Assembly (NCBI GenBank): GCA_048213135.1
Contig: PS015049.1
Coordinates: forward strand, 67,499-127,295
Length of the DNA stretch: 59,797 nt
Direction of reading: 5' to 3'
Origin: Reclinomonas americana ATCC 50394
Lineage: Eukaryota
Both the position numbers and the translations under genes were made by a program. The notes beneath the pieces are model-generated. The model made no database searches and had not been told where the DNA came from. It saw nothing but the letters and a program-made list of their open reading frames with translations. Shown piece after piece: positions 49,205-59,797 of this stretch. Positions within the stretch are counted from its first letter, which is position 1, and each line of letters opens with the position of its first letter.

Positions 49205-52200
49205 ATGAGTGAGCGTGGACCGCTTGTGTCGCTTGTGTTTGAGCGTGTGGATGTGCTGCGACCGGCGACACCACCGCCTCCACCAGTGATTGCAGAGGAG
49301 CAACAAGTGGAACACGAGCAGGAGGACGAGGGAGAGGAGAAGCAAGTGGAGGAGGAGTCACCTTCTTCTCCTCCTCTGCCACCACCTCTCACTGGCACAG
49401 TTGCGCTGTCTGTTGCTCAGTCGCTGCTTGCTCTTCTCTGTTGTTGACTGTTGTTGTTGTTGTTGTTTCATAGTCTGTGTATGCCAGTGGTGTGTTGTAT
49501 GAGGGAACGGTGGCAAGTGAGGCGGGTGTGCCGCACGGGCATGGTGTGTTGACGTGGCCGGATGGGACGCGGTATGAGGGGCAGTTGGTGAATGGGCAGC
49601 CGTCGGGCGAGGGCGAGCTGGGGTGGTGAGTGGAAGGGAGAAGGAAGAGGGAGAAGGAAGAGGGAGGGGAAGGGAAGGGAAGGGAGGGAAGGGCGATGAG
49701 GGAGAAGGGAGAGGCGTGCATGGAGAATGCAGTTAAGGAGTGAGAAAGAGAAAGAGAAAGAGAGCAGACCGGTTTACGAGCATGCAATGAGAGAGAAAGC
49801 GATCTGGCATCAGAGAAGCAAGCAAGGCCACTGAATGGGAGAGGGAAGGCGGAAAAGAGAACCTGGTTGAGGCTGACAGGTCAACCGATGGTGCGTCGGT
49901 GGAGCAACGAGAGGGAGTAGAAGCAGGCTGATGGGAATGCAGAGAGACCTGGCTGGCATCAGAAACAGACGAGCGTGGGAAGGGGGAAAGAGACAGACCG
50001 ATAGGCATCGAGCACGACACCAGCATTGGTGTAGAGTTCTGGTCAGTAGAAACAGAAGCACTGTGGGAGGCCGACTGATCTGCAAGGAAGCGATGAGCCG
50101 AGAGCAGGCAGCAGACGCTGATAGAAAGAAAGGCAGAAAGATTGACAAGCAGCATCCAAGACAGCCGTGAGGGAGAGGTCTGCTGAGACGAAAGACTGCC
50201 AGCACGACGCGGAACGCGTGGGAAAATGAGAGAGACAGGTGGACACGCGCCGGGTAGCGAGGGAGTGATCTCAATAACGGGAGGCGAAGAGCAGAACCGA
50301 AAGCATGCAGACATGCTCTCTTTCTTGTCCTTTCGTGTGTCTCATCCTTCTCCCTCCCCCGCCTCCCCCCAACAGGCCCAACGGCTTCACATACCGCGGC
50401 AGTGTGTTGAAGGGACAGCGGCACGGTTGGGGTCGCCAATTCGCACCCGACGGTGGAGTGCTGTACGAGGGCGAGTGGGAACTGGGTTTGCGACACGGGC
50501 GCGGCAAGTTTGTGTATCGCACACCGAATGGGGACCACACGTACGACGGCAAGTGGCAGCACGGGCAGCGACACGGGCGTGGCGTGATGACCTACAGCAC
50601 CGGCAACGTGTACGACGGCGAGTGGACGCACGATTGCATCACGGGTCACGGCTGCATGTCGTGGGACGGTGGGCGAGTCACGTTTGATGGCGAGTGGCTG
50701 AATGGCATGCCACACGGTGTGGGAGTGCACACGGAGCAGCGCGGTGTCTCGGGCTCCGGGGGCAAGTCACTGGCCAATTGCTACAATGGCGAGATGGTGC
50801 ACGGAATGCGCGAGGGCTCGGGTACGATGAAGTACGCCAACGGCTCATCGTACACCGGAGCATGGCGGCAGGACAAGAAGGTGCGCCACGCGACTAGCGC
50901 CCTGTTGGATTGATTGTTGTTGCTCACACGTGCAATCTGGTCGCAGCACGGTTTCGGGTCGTTTATGAGCGAAATGGGAGCGCTGAGTCGCGGCATGTTT
51001 GAGGAGGATCGCTTCCAGTACAGCTGCGAGTCGCCAGTGGCGGCGTCGCTCGAATCACCCCCGCACGACTCGGACGACACCTCTGGTGCCGTACCGCCGT
51101 CGACTGCCGCATCGGCGCCCACGATTGCGTTTGTCGAAAACACCCCACGAGCACCCAAACCACCACCAGCACCATCGGCAGCAGCGTCAGCAGCGGGAGA
51201 CCAACACTCCAGTCGCAAGGCGGCAGACGACAAGAAGAAGGCCTCGTCCACCAAGAACACGGCACGCTCCGGCAATCCGAGCGCACCGCCCTCGGCTGCA
51301 CCGTCCACCGGCACCGCTGTGGTGGCCGTCACCACCAATTCGCCTTCAGGCACACCCGTGGTGCGCGCCACGGATTGTGCGCGTGCGGTCGGCCGTCTTC
51401 GCACGCAATTCATCGCCCTGGAGGTATCGGATCTGCTGCCGCCCGGCACCAGTTCCAGTGCCGTCGACATGGTGCGCAATGTGCTCTCGCAAAACTACGG
51501 TGAGCTCGATGGAGACGGGGATTCTCCTTTTTTCATCATATCTTCGTAGCCTTCTCACTTCTTCCTCCTGTCTGCAGATGCACTGCGTGCCCTGTTCCAG
51601 TTCTTTTCGTCCAAGGATCTGGCCGGTTCTGTGGCATCGGCACGCTCGCCTTTCCAGCGTCGTGCTCGATTCTCGCCCGTGGATCCCACCACATTCAGCA
51701 TGTCGGCGACGGCCGAGAGCAAGTTGGTGGCACTCGCCGCCATTCACATGCCATGCTTGCCCGATGAATCGCTGCGATGCTCGCTGCAGGGTCCCGGCAG
51801 TGCCACACCACCAGGAACGGCGCTGGAGTTGTGGCAATCGTGGTTGATTTTCCGTCGCGCGGGAGTGCAGGATCAGAACACAAGTATTGGTGAGGAGACG
51901 GGCGAGAGAAGTGAGCAGAAGGAGGCAGGAGGCTCACCCCCTCCCTTTTTCATGTTCGCAGCTGTCATCGACCGCATCCTGTCACGCATGGCGCACGATC
52001 GACTGATCGATACCAAGCGCAACGACGCCACCGCACACGCTCCGGTGATGCAAGTGTCGTTCCGCCAGTTTGCCGAGTCACTGGTACGACTGGCACATCA
52101 CAAGTACTCGCAGTCGGTGTACACGATGCAACCGGATCGTATGCGCAGCGAGGACGCAGCTCCACTGCACGAAAAGGTGGCGATGCTGTTTTCGCAGCAC

Positions 52201-52937
52201 TTGCAGTTGGTGGCCGAGAGGTTGCCGCCCGCCAAGTCGTCGGGTCAGTCGCCGCCGTCTTCTAGCGGACCACCCATCACCGACGAGCCGGATCCGGTGG
52301 TGGACGCCATTGAGAATGCCATCATGGACGATTTTGAGGCGGTGATCCCGATTTTGTCGCGCACGTACGATTCGTGTGTGCACCGCATGCGCGAGCTGCC
52401 GGCCGAGCACACGAACAGCACGCCGTGTGTCACGGTACGCATGTTCCTGTCGCTGCTGAAGGTTTGTTTGTCGGAGGAGTGACAAGAAGAAGCATCATCA
52501 TCGATCGCTGTGCACGTTCCTCATGCGGTGGTGCGATTGCAGGAGTGCAAAGTCATTGACGACGTTCTGTCATTGCGCACCGTCACCTCGTGGTTCGAGC
52601 GTCTGTTTGTCGCCCCTCCGGTCGCCTCAGCAGACGACGAGCAGCATACTGTGTCAATAACCGCCGGCGATCGGTCGCGCATCATGTCTTTCGAGGTGTG
52701 TTACCATCGTCAACAAGCGCGGAGTAATGGACCCCCTGCTCACATCCCTTGTCTCCCTCTCAGTTGGTGTTCCCTGACTTCCTGGAGGCACTGCTGTGGT
52801 GCACGTTCTTCCGAGCGCTGGGTGCCGCTCGTCAGTCGGCATCATCGGCCCGTGCCGCGGCCATTGCAGCGACCGCCGATCGCGCACGGAAACAGTGGAT
52901 GAGCATGGTCGAGGCCCTGGATATGTGGTCAATGTAA
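49205..52937 (+). CDS. MORN-repeat protein, RSPH10B-like radial spoke component
   Basis: About 8-9 MORN repeats (YEGxxxxGxxHGxG) followed by a region with VSFRQFAESLVRLA...LVFPDFLEALL. Confidence 0.8.
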
Positions 52938-52978
52938 ACGAGTACAGTTGTCCTCGCGTCCTTTCTGTTTCATCGACA

Positions 52979-53176
52979 ATGGCGAGCGATGGCCAGCAGT
53001 TGTCGCTAGTCATGATGGCCATGCCCTCTGTGCTGATTGTCATCGCGGTGGTCTCCCTCGTTGCCACCATTGTCAAAGTGGTGCTCTCTGTGCTGCGCAC
53101 TGGCAGCAGAGCAAGCAGGAGACATCGACCACCAGCACCGATTGATCGCCCAGCTCTCCTTGGTGAGGACACACAC

Positions 53177-53216
<40 letters not shown>

Positions 53217-55369
53217 TGCATCTCACTGTGACACGCAGCGCGGTATGGTCTGTCGGCGGAACGCGGTCTGTTGCCTGTCGCATGCAATGCATCGCTGCCT
53301 GCTGAGTTTGCTGCGTGGGAGCGCTTGTCGGAGGAGTTGCCGCGACTGAATCGCGAAGGACGACTGCGTGAATATGTCGACCAGCACTTGCCGGTGCTTG
53401 AGGCCACGTCGGAGCTGCTGGAGAGCGATGAGCACGTGCGCAGGGCGTTCATTGTGCTGGGACAGGTGCGCTGTGTTCTTCCTTTCTGCATGCGACGACT
53501 GGCGGCGACTCATGCATGCGCGCCCTCGCAGTTCGTGCACTCGTATGTCAATGGAGCACAGGCTGCGTGGGGGCTGGTCGGAGGCACCATTGCGGCGACG
53601 GAGCGAGTGCTGGTCGTTCCACCGCAGCTGGCCGTGCCTTGGAATCAGGTGGCGTGTCGTCTGGGTGTGCCGACGGCGCTGACATCGGCACTGGACTTGT
53701 GGAACTGGCGACTGGTGGATCCGGCGGGCGCGTTCGAGCCGCACAACCTGACGTGCCTGTCGACGATGACGGGCACCGAGTCGGAGATCGCCTTTCACAT
53801 GATTCCGTGCAGCATGCAGCAGGCGGCGGCGCATCTCATGTTGGATTTGGTGACGGCGCCTGAGCATCTGGTGGCCACGCAAAACGCCGTGGCGTTGACG
53901 TCGTTGCTGTGCGAGCTGACGGCGGTGCTCGTTGAGTGCAAGAGGCTCTTTGACACGGTGGACGAGCTGGTGAAACCCGACATTTTTTACTCGGTGTACC
54001 GCCCGCTGCTGTCGGGTTGGTGGCCGAGCGGCCTCGTGCTGCGTGGGGTGCCGCCAGACGCACCACTGGCTCCGCTGTGCGAGCGTCGCGGGGATGGCAC
54101 GGTGGTGTCCGCGGCCAAGGGCCCGAGTGCGGGACAGAGCACGCTGATTGCGCTGATCGATGCGTTCCTCGGGGTCGCGCACCACGGCGAGGCCAGTGAG
54201 TTTCAGAGCGAGATGTGTCGGTTCTACATGCCGCACTGGCATCGCCAGTTGTTGGTGGATTTTGCGGAGAGTGTGAGGGAGAATGGCGCGGTCAAGGTGC
54301 GTGGGAGGGACAGGGGGGAGAAGGAAGAGAGAGATAACGTCAACGTGATATCGTCTTCCGCTCTTCCTTCGCGACGCTTTAAGAAGTGTGGTGGTAGCGA
54401 ATGTTGTTTTTCTAGAAGGAGACACCGATCGGGTTGCCTTGGGGCTGTGGCGTTGCAGCGGGGAGAGAACGACAGAACGAAAGAGAGAGAATTGCAGCAA
54501 GACGATTGCATCTGAGCACAGCAGTGTGGTTGCAGCGATGTTGTTGTTTGAAAAGGAGACGTAAGTCAGGTTGCCTTGCAGCTGTTGCGTTGCAGCGGAG
54601 AGAGAAGAGAGAGAGAGAACTGCGGCAAGACGATTGATTCAGCACAGCAGTCGGGTGGCAGCTGCAGCGATTGAAGAATGAGATTCAGGTCGGGTTGCTC
54701 TGGGGCTATGAGAAGAAGAAAGACTGCGTGAAGACTGTGTCAGAGCGCCAGATTGGACGGAGTGAGAAGCATCTGCAACCATCGTGCAGCAGGCTCGTAG
54801 CAGCAGTGACGGAGAGACAACTGCAGCATGATTCTCCTTGCGACTCTTTCAGCGGCCTGGAATGCTGTTGTTGGAGAATGAGGCTGTGAGACAGACTGCT
54901 TCAGTTTTCCACCTTTGTGGTGGGCAGTGTCAGCGGCGTCACATTGGAAGAATGAGCAACTATCATGGAGTATGCTCGCTACGTGGCGGAGTCCTCCTTC
55001 GCGACTCTCTCAGAGACGTGGAATGTGGGTGGCAGACAGCGACTGCTTTGAGAAGGAGATGCAGATCGGGTCACCTTGTGACTGTGGGGAGAGAGAGGTT
55101 TCCCGCTGTTGGATAGTATTCACCTCTTTCTGTGTGTGACTCCGCTGACGCCAAGTGCACCGATCACACAGGACCTCGTCAGCACCATCGGCAACGAGAG
55201 CCTGGAGAAGGCCTACCAGCAGTGTGTGGCCGCACTGGCCGACCTGCGCGTCTTCCACTTGGGTGTCGCCACTCGGTACCTGCGGATGGCTTCGCACGGC
55301 ACTGGCGCGAGTGACTTTCGCCACATGCTACGCGAGGCCATTGATGGCACACGCGAATCTGTTAAATGA
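52979..55369 (+). CDS. IDO: Indoleamine 2,3-dioxygenase family heme enzyme with an N-terminal hydrophobic segment (4 exons)
   Basis: YGLSAERGLLP, HSYV, LAVPW, LWNWR, TGTESE, FYSVYRPLLSGW, GPSAGQS, YMPHWHR, LRVFHLGVATRY (proximal His), GTGASD. Confidence 0.9.
54395..54745. repeat. Diverged ~130-bp tandem repeat inside the long IDO intron
   Basis: aaggagac..tc.ggttgccttg..gctgt.gcgttgcagcgg.gagagaa...gagagaa.tgc.gcaagacgattg..agcacagcagt occurs twice, plus partial copies. Confidence 0.7.
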
Positions 55370-55508
55370 ATCATCAAAGCAGCACTCTGTTCAGAACAGG
55401 TGGCAAACAGAGTTGTACAATCGTCCAGTCCGATGCACACGAGAAGCGGAAAATGTACAGGAGGCGGGGGTAGGAAAACACACGAGCGGGGAGGAACACT
55501 ATACGCGA

Positions 55509-57409
55509 TCACGCATCGTCGTCGACGTCGAGCGCGCCCTTGGCCTGCATCATCTTGAATGTCTGATACTCGTTGTAGTGTTGCTTTCGTCGCCTCTTGA
55601 ATTCATCACGCCGCCGCTTCCTCTCTTCAGGAGTGAGACCGTCGTCCTCCTCGTCACCGCCGTGTGCATCGCCACCGCTGCCACCGGCAGCGGATGATGA
55701 GCCGTGGTGGGGGCGATCTTCGTCAGAGTCTTCACTGGAGACGTCGTCCCATCGCTTGTGCACTGTGAGGGGGAGAGCAGGGAAAGGGGGTGAGAAGGGA
55801 GATAGAGGGACGGATAACAGGAGAAGGAGCGTATGGAGTAGAGTACGCGAGTGAGCAACAGGCACGAAGAGGCGAGACGAGAGAAGAGCAGGTGCAAGTG
55901 GGGAAAAGTGAGTCGGTGGCGCGGACACAGGAAGCAGCAAGTGAGCACTGTGGAGTGAGTAACACGAAGATCAGAGGCGATTGTGTCACGAGAAGCACAT
56001 GCAAGTTGGCGAGATGGAACAGAAGCGATAGAAAGCAAAATCTGACAAAGATGCGAGTGAACGCATCTAAACAATCAAGCACACCAACCTTCCGACTTCA
56101 ACGCGCCACCATGCTCTGCCAGTCGCGCCTCCAATCCCTCAAACGCCGTCGCAGACAGATCCATGGGCACACTCATGCTGCTGCTGCTGCTGCTGCCGCC
56201 GCCGCCGCTGCCGCCAGCCGGATTAGGCGAGCGCGGTGTTGTCTGGTCCTCATCGCTGTCGGCTGCGAGAACAGCAAGAACCAACAGATGAGGAAAGGGA
56301 GCACGATCAGTCGACTGTGTTCTCTTCGTGTTCCCTTGCTTTCATGTGCAAGTGACAAGCACACATGCATAGACGCTGCTTCCGGAAGCGCAAGACGCTT
56401 CTTTCATCGCGCACCTGCTCTGCGCGAGTACACCAATAGACACGCTGCTTCTCGTCGTGAAGTACTCATCGCTGAACAGCAAAGCTTGACAAACGAAGCG
56501 AGAACACAACAAGCACACATGCTCAGCTCTCTTCCCTGTCTCTCATTCATCGCCACACCTGCTCTGCTCGGGTACGACGATGGAGAAGAGAGAGAGGCAG
56601 AGTACACGACATACACACGCTGCCATATGCACCGTGCAAGATGCACATCCTTCTGCGTGTTCGAGTGTAGACGACGAGAAACAGAGAACGACATGCACAC
56701 AGACACCGCTTCTTTCGACGTGCATGCATCGCTGACCAGCAGAGCTTGACAAACGCAGAGAGACAATGCTCTGCTCTCTTCCCTGTTTGCCGTCGGAGTG
56801 CATGCGGCCAACGAAGTGAGAGAAAGAGGGAGAAGAGCACTTACTCTGCTTCTCCTCTCTGTCTCTCCTTCCGCTGCATCTCATGTGCTATACGACCAAC
56901 GAAGAGAGAACCGCTGACTCTGCTTCTCCGCCTGAGTGCGACAACATTCTCTCCCCTCATTCTCACTTCCCCTTTGCTCTCCTCCCACTCACCTTCCGTG
57001 TAATGCACATAGGGCGTCTTCGGCTCATCAATCTTCATCGTCGCCGACTTTTGCGCCTCATTCGTCATCAAGTTGGCCTCATCCCACACCACAGCTCTCC
57101 TGCTCACACACACACGCACACACACAGAGAGAGTGAGAGTGACGAATGATGTCATTCTCTCATTGAACACACACACAAGTGAGACCTTGCTCTCTCGCGT
57201 TTCGGCTTTGCCTTCGGTCTCTCCGCATCTCCGCCAGCAGCTGCTGTTGCTGGTGCTGGAGGAGGAGGAGGAGGTAGTGTTGCTGCGCCTGCGCCATGCT
57301 CCACCACTGCACTTCCTTCTCCTCCTTCTGCGCCACTCATTCGCACATCGTCGTCGTCGTGCGCGTGCACAATCAGAATGCCCTTGGGCGGTCGCGAGGA
57401 AGATGCCAT
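55509..57409 (-). CDS. PPP1R2: Protein phosphatase 1 inhibitor-2 (4 exons)
   Basis: [35 protein letters not shown]. Confidence 0.93.
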
Positions 57410-58092
57410 TGTTGCACACACTGCACAAAACGAAGAAGATAAGAGTGATTGAGGAGCTGCTTGGTTGATCGGAAGATGCGCATGAATTCGCTCGAGTTGC
57501 AAGCTCACGTATCCGAGTCTGCTGGTTTGCTGTGAACGGGTTCGGCTGCAGGGAAAGCACGAGCGAGGAGTGGATTTCGAGTTCACGGTTTGCGAATTCG
57601 CGAAGGTTGACCTTGAACTCGGAAGTTGCAGTGCGTGCGCTGTGAATCTGGCAGGTTCACGGACCCGTATCTCTTCATCTGCTTTCAGTTGAGGACGGGC
57701 TCCAGCGGGTCCGGAAGAGCATGCAAGCGCACCTGCGTTCGACTTCGGGGAATTCGAATTCGGATTCGATGTCGCAACCGGGATTTGCTCGTTTCTGTAA
57801 CTCTAAAGCTGCTCGTGCAGCACTGATCCACTGCAGCTGCCCTTCACCGCACAGACGGACAGAAAGCCGAGCCGCGACCATCCAATATCGATATCTGCAT
57901 TCTGTCGTCCGTCCGCCTCTGCATCCTTATACCCAGCGAGCTGCTCGTAGAACCTACCACACACCACGCCCTCCGCTGCAAGCAACAAAAGGAAGCCTCT
58001 CCTTTCTCCTCTTCTTGCATGAACATTCGTCGATTGGCAATCCGAACTGAGCTCGAATTCACCGCACACATCGCGACACACACGCACAAGAA

Positions 58093-59797
58093 ATGGCGTT
58101 TGTGGACTTTGTGGCACCGGCGCTTGAGTTCGCCAAGAAGGCGGTGGCGGACGATGAGGCCAAGGACTACCCAAATGCCTTTCAGAACTGTTGCGCGCAC
58201 GCATACACACAGACATCTGACATTCTCTCTCTCTTTCACTCACTGTGTGTGTGTGTAGACATGCGTTCCTCTGAGTACTTTCTCACGGCGATCAAGCATG
58301 AGAAGGCAGAGGCGCGCAAGCGGCAACTGGAGAGCAAATTGAAGGAGATTGTCACGCGCATGGAGGCCATTCGGGAGTTCCTTGATAAGCAGGCGCAGGA
58401 AGGCAGTGGCAGTGATGGAACGGCGATGAGGTGTGGAGATGATGATGTACTCTTGTGTGTGTGTGAGAGGGAGGGGGAGGGAGGGAGGGAGAGTGTGGGG
58501 CCGGACAACAAGAGAGGGAGAGAGAGGAGAGAAGGGAGAGAGAGAGAGAAGGGGGGAAGAGAGCGAGGGAAGGGGAGTCTAGTGCACAGAGCGCATGGAG
58601 GGTTGGGGGAAAGACTGGCATTCAATCTCTCTTTCTCGTCCCTCTCTTTCTCATCCCTCTCTCTCTCTCNNNNNNNNNNNNNNNNNNNNAGCATTACACC
58701 TGTTTCCCTCTTTTTTCTCTCTTCTTTCTCTCTCTTCCCTTTCTCTCCCCCTCTCTCCACCTCTCCCTCTTCCTCTCGCTAGATTGAGACAGAGTATTGA
58801 GGACTGACAGAGAGAAGACAGCGATTCACTCTCTCCGACTGGGTTCACCTGCATGTTGAGAGTGTCTGTGTGCTCTCTTCCTCTTCCATCTCTTCCGCTG
58901 TCTCTCCCTCCCTCCCTCCCTCCCTCTCGCTGGATTGGCGGCCGAGTATCGAAGACTGGCAGAGAGAAGATAGCGATGCACTCTCTCCGACTGGACACAC
59001 TTGCATGCACGAGAGTCTCTGTCATATCTCTTTCCCTTCCATCTCTCCCATCTCCAGTCGTGTTCTGAACGATGCGCTCTCTCCGCAGGAATCGCAAGGC
59101 CGGCGATCCGAGCGGCGACGACGAGAAATCCAAGATGAAGGCCAACTTGAGTGGTGCGTTACTCGGCGTGAGCTCTCTCTCTGTCCGTCCCCTTCAATCT
59201 CACTTCCTCCNNNNNNNNNNNNNNNNNNNNNNNNNNNNNNNNNNNNNNNNNNNNNNNNNNNNNNNNNNNNNNNNNNNNNNNNNNNNNNNNNNNNNNNNNN
59301 NNNNNNNNNNNNNNNNNNNNNNNNNNNNNNNNNNNNNNNNNNNNNNNNNNNNNNNNNNNNNNNNNNNNNNNNNNNNNNNNNNNNNNNNNNNNNNNNNTCC
59401 TCCTCCTTCGCTCTGCAGAGGCCTTTGTGGCGGAAAAACCCAACGTCAAGTGGGACGACATTGCCGGTCTGGAGGGCGCCAAGGAGGCGCTGCAGGAGGC
59501 TGTCATTCTGCCCATCCGTTTCCCGCAGCTCTTCACCGGCAAGCGCGAGCCATGGAAGGGCATTCTGCTGTACGGGCCACCCGGCACAGGCAAGTCGTAC
59601 CTGGCCAAGGCCGTGGCCACCGAAGCCGACGCCAATTTCTACTCGGTGTCATCATCAACGCTGATGAGCAAGTGGCTGGGCGAGGCCGAGAAGCAGGTGG
59701 CGACGCTGTTTGAGATTGCACGCGAGAATGCGCCCGCCATTATCTTTGTCGACGAAATCGACTCGATGTGCGGTGCGCGTGGCGAGGGCGAGAACGA
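58093..59797 (+). CDS. VPS4: VPS4 AAA+ ATPase (MIT domain and start of the AAA domain; continues beyond the window)
   Basis: [14 protein letters not shown]...[74 protein letters not shown]...IIFVDEIDS. Confidence 0.95.
58775..59050. repeat. ~150-bp direct duplication in a VPS4 intron
   Basis: ctcgct.gattg...gagtat.ga.gactg.cagagagaaga.agcgat.cactctctccgactgg at ~58775 and ~58925. Confidence 0.8.

Noticed and set aside
3837-59713. Long ORFs spanning N runs or microsatellites (poly-RE, poly-HT, poly-SL) and many antisense ORFs
   Set aside because: They arise from gaps, simple repeats and high GC content opposite real exons.
1-59797. Alternative genetic code or selenocysteine readthrough
   Set aside because: In the conserved genes I traced, in-frame stops fall within GT-AG or GC-AG introns, and TAA, TAG and TGA all end genes normally.
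1-59797. CRISPR arrays, tRNA/rRNA genes, telomeric repeats
   Set aside because: None recognised by eye; a covariance-model scan was not possible.

Overview
Gappy draft-assembly window from an intron-rich, GC-rich, microsatellite-rich flagellated eukaryote (a protist; B9D2 and an RSPH10B-like gene imply cilia). Most introns are about 55-80 nt and intergenic spacers are very short. From left to right it holds: the decayed 3' part of an RLE-type (R2-like) non-LTR retrotransposon, a Cys-rich protein, an EXD1-like 3'-5' exonuclease fused to a degenerate Upf1-like helicase, EB1, a saccharopine-dehydrogenase-like oxidoreductase, B9D2, a multipass membrane protein, HAUS1, a TMEM62-like phosphoesterase, FAM32A, six tandem signal-peptide-bearing GT2-like glycosyltransferases, SMARCD/BAF60, SAR1, a calmodulin-like protein, a MORN/RSPH10B-like protein, an indoleamine 2,3-dioxygenase, PP1 inhibitor-2 and VPS4. 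The strongest unexplained signal is a common second class of 5' splice sites, GTT(G/A/T)(C/A)G(T/C), mostly GTTGCG. It is the normal donor shifted by one nucleotide, occurs in about 20 introns of conserved genes, and mostly follows an exon that does not end in G. All gene models were spliced by hand against remembered protein-family motifs; no searches were run.
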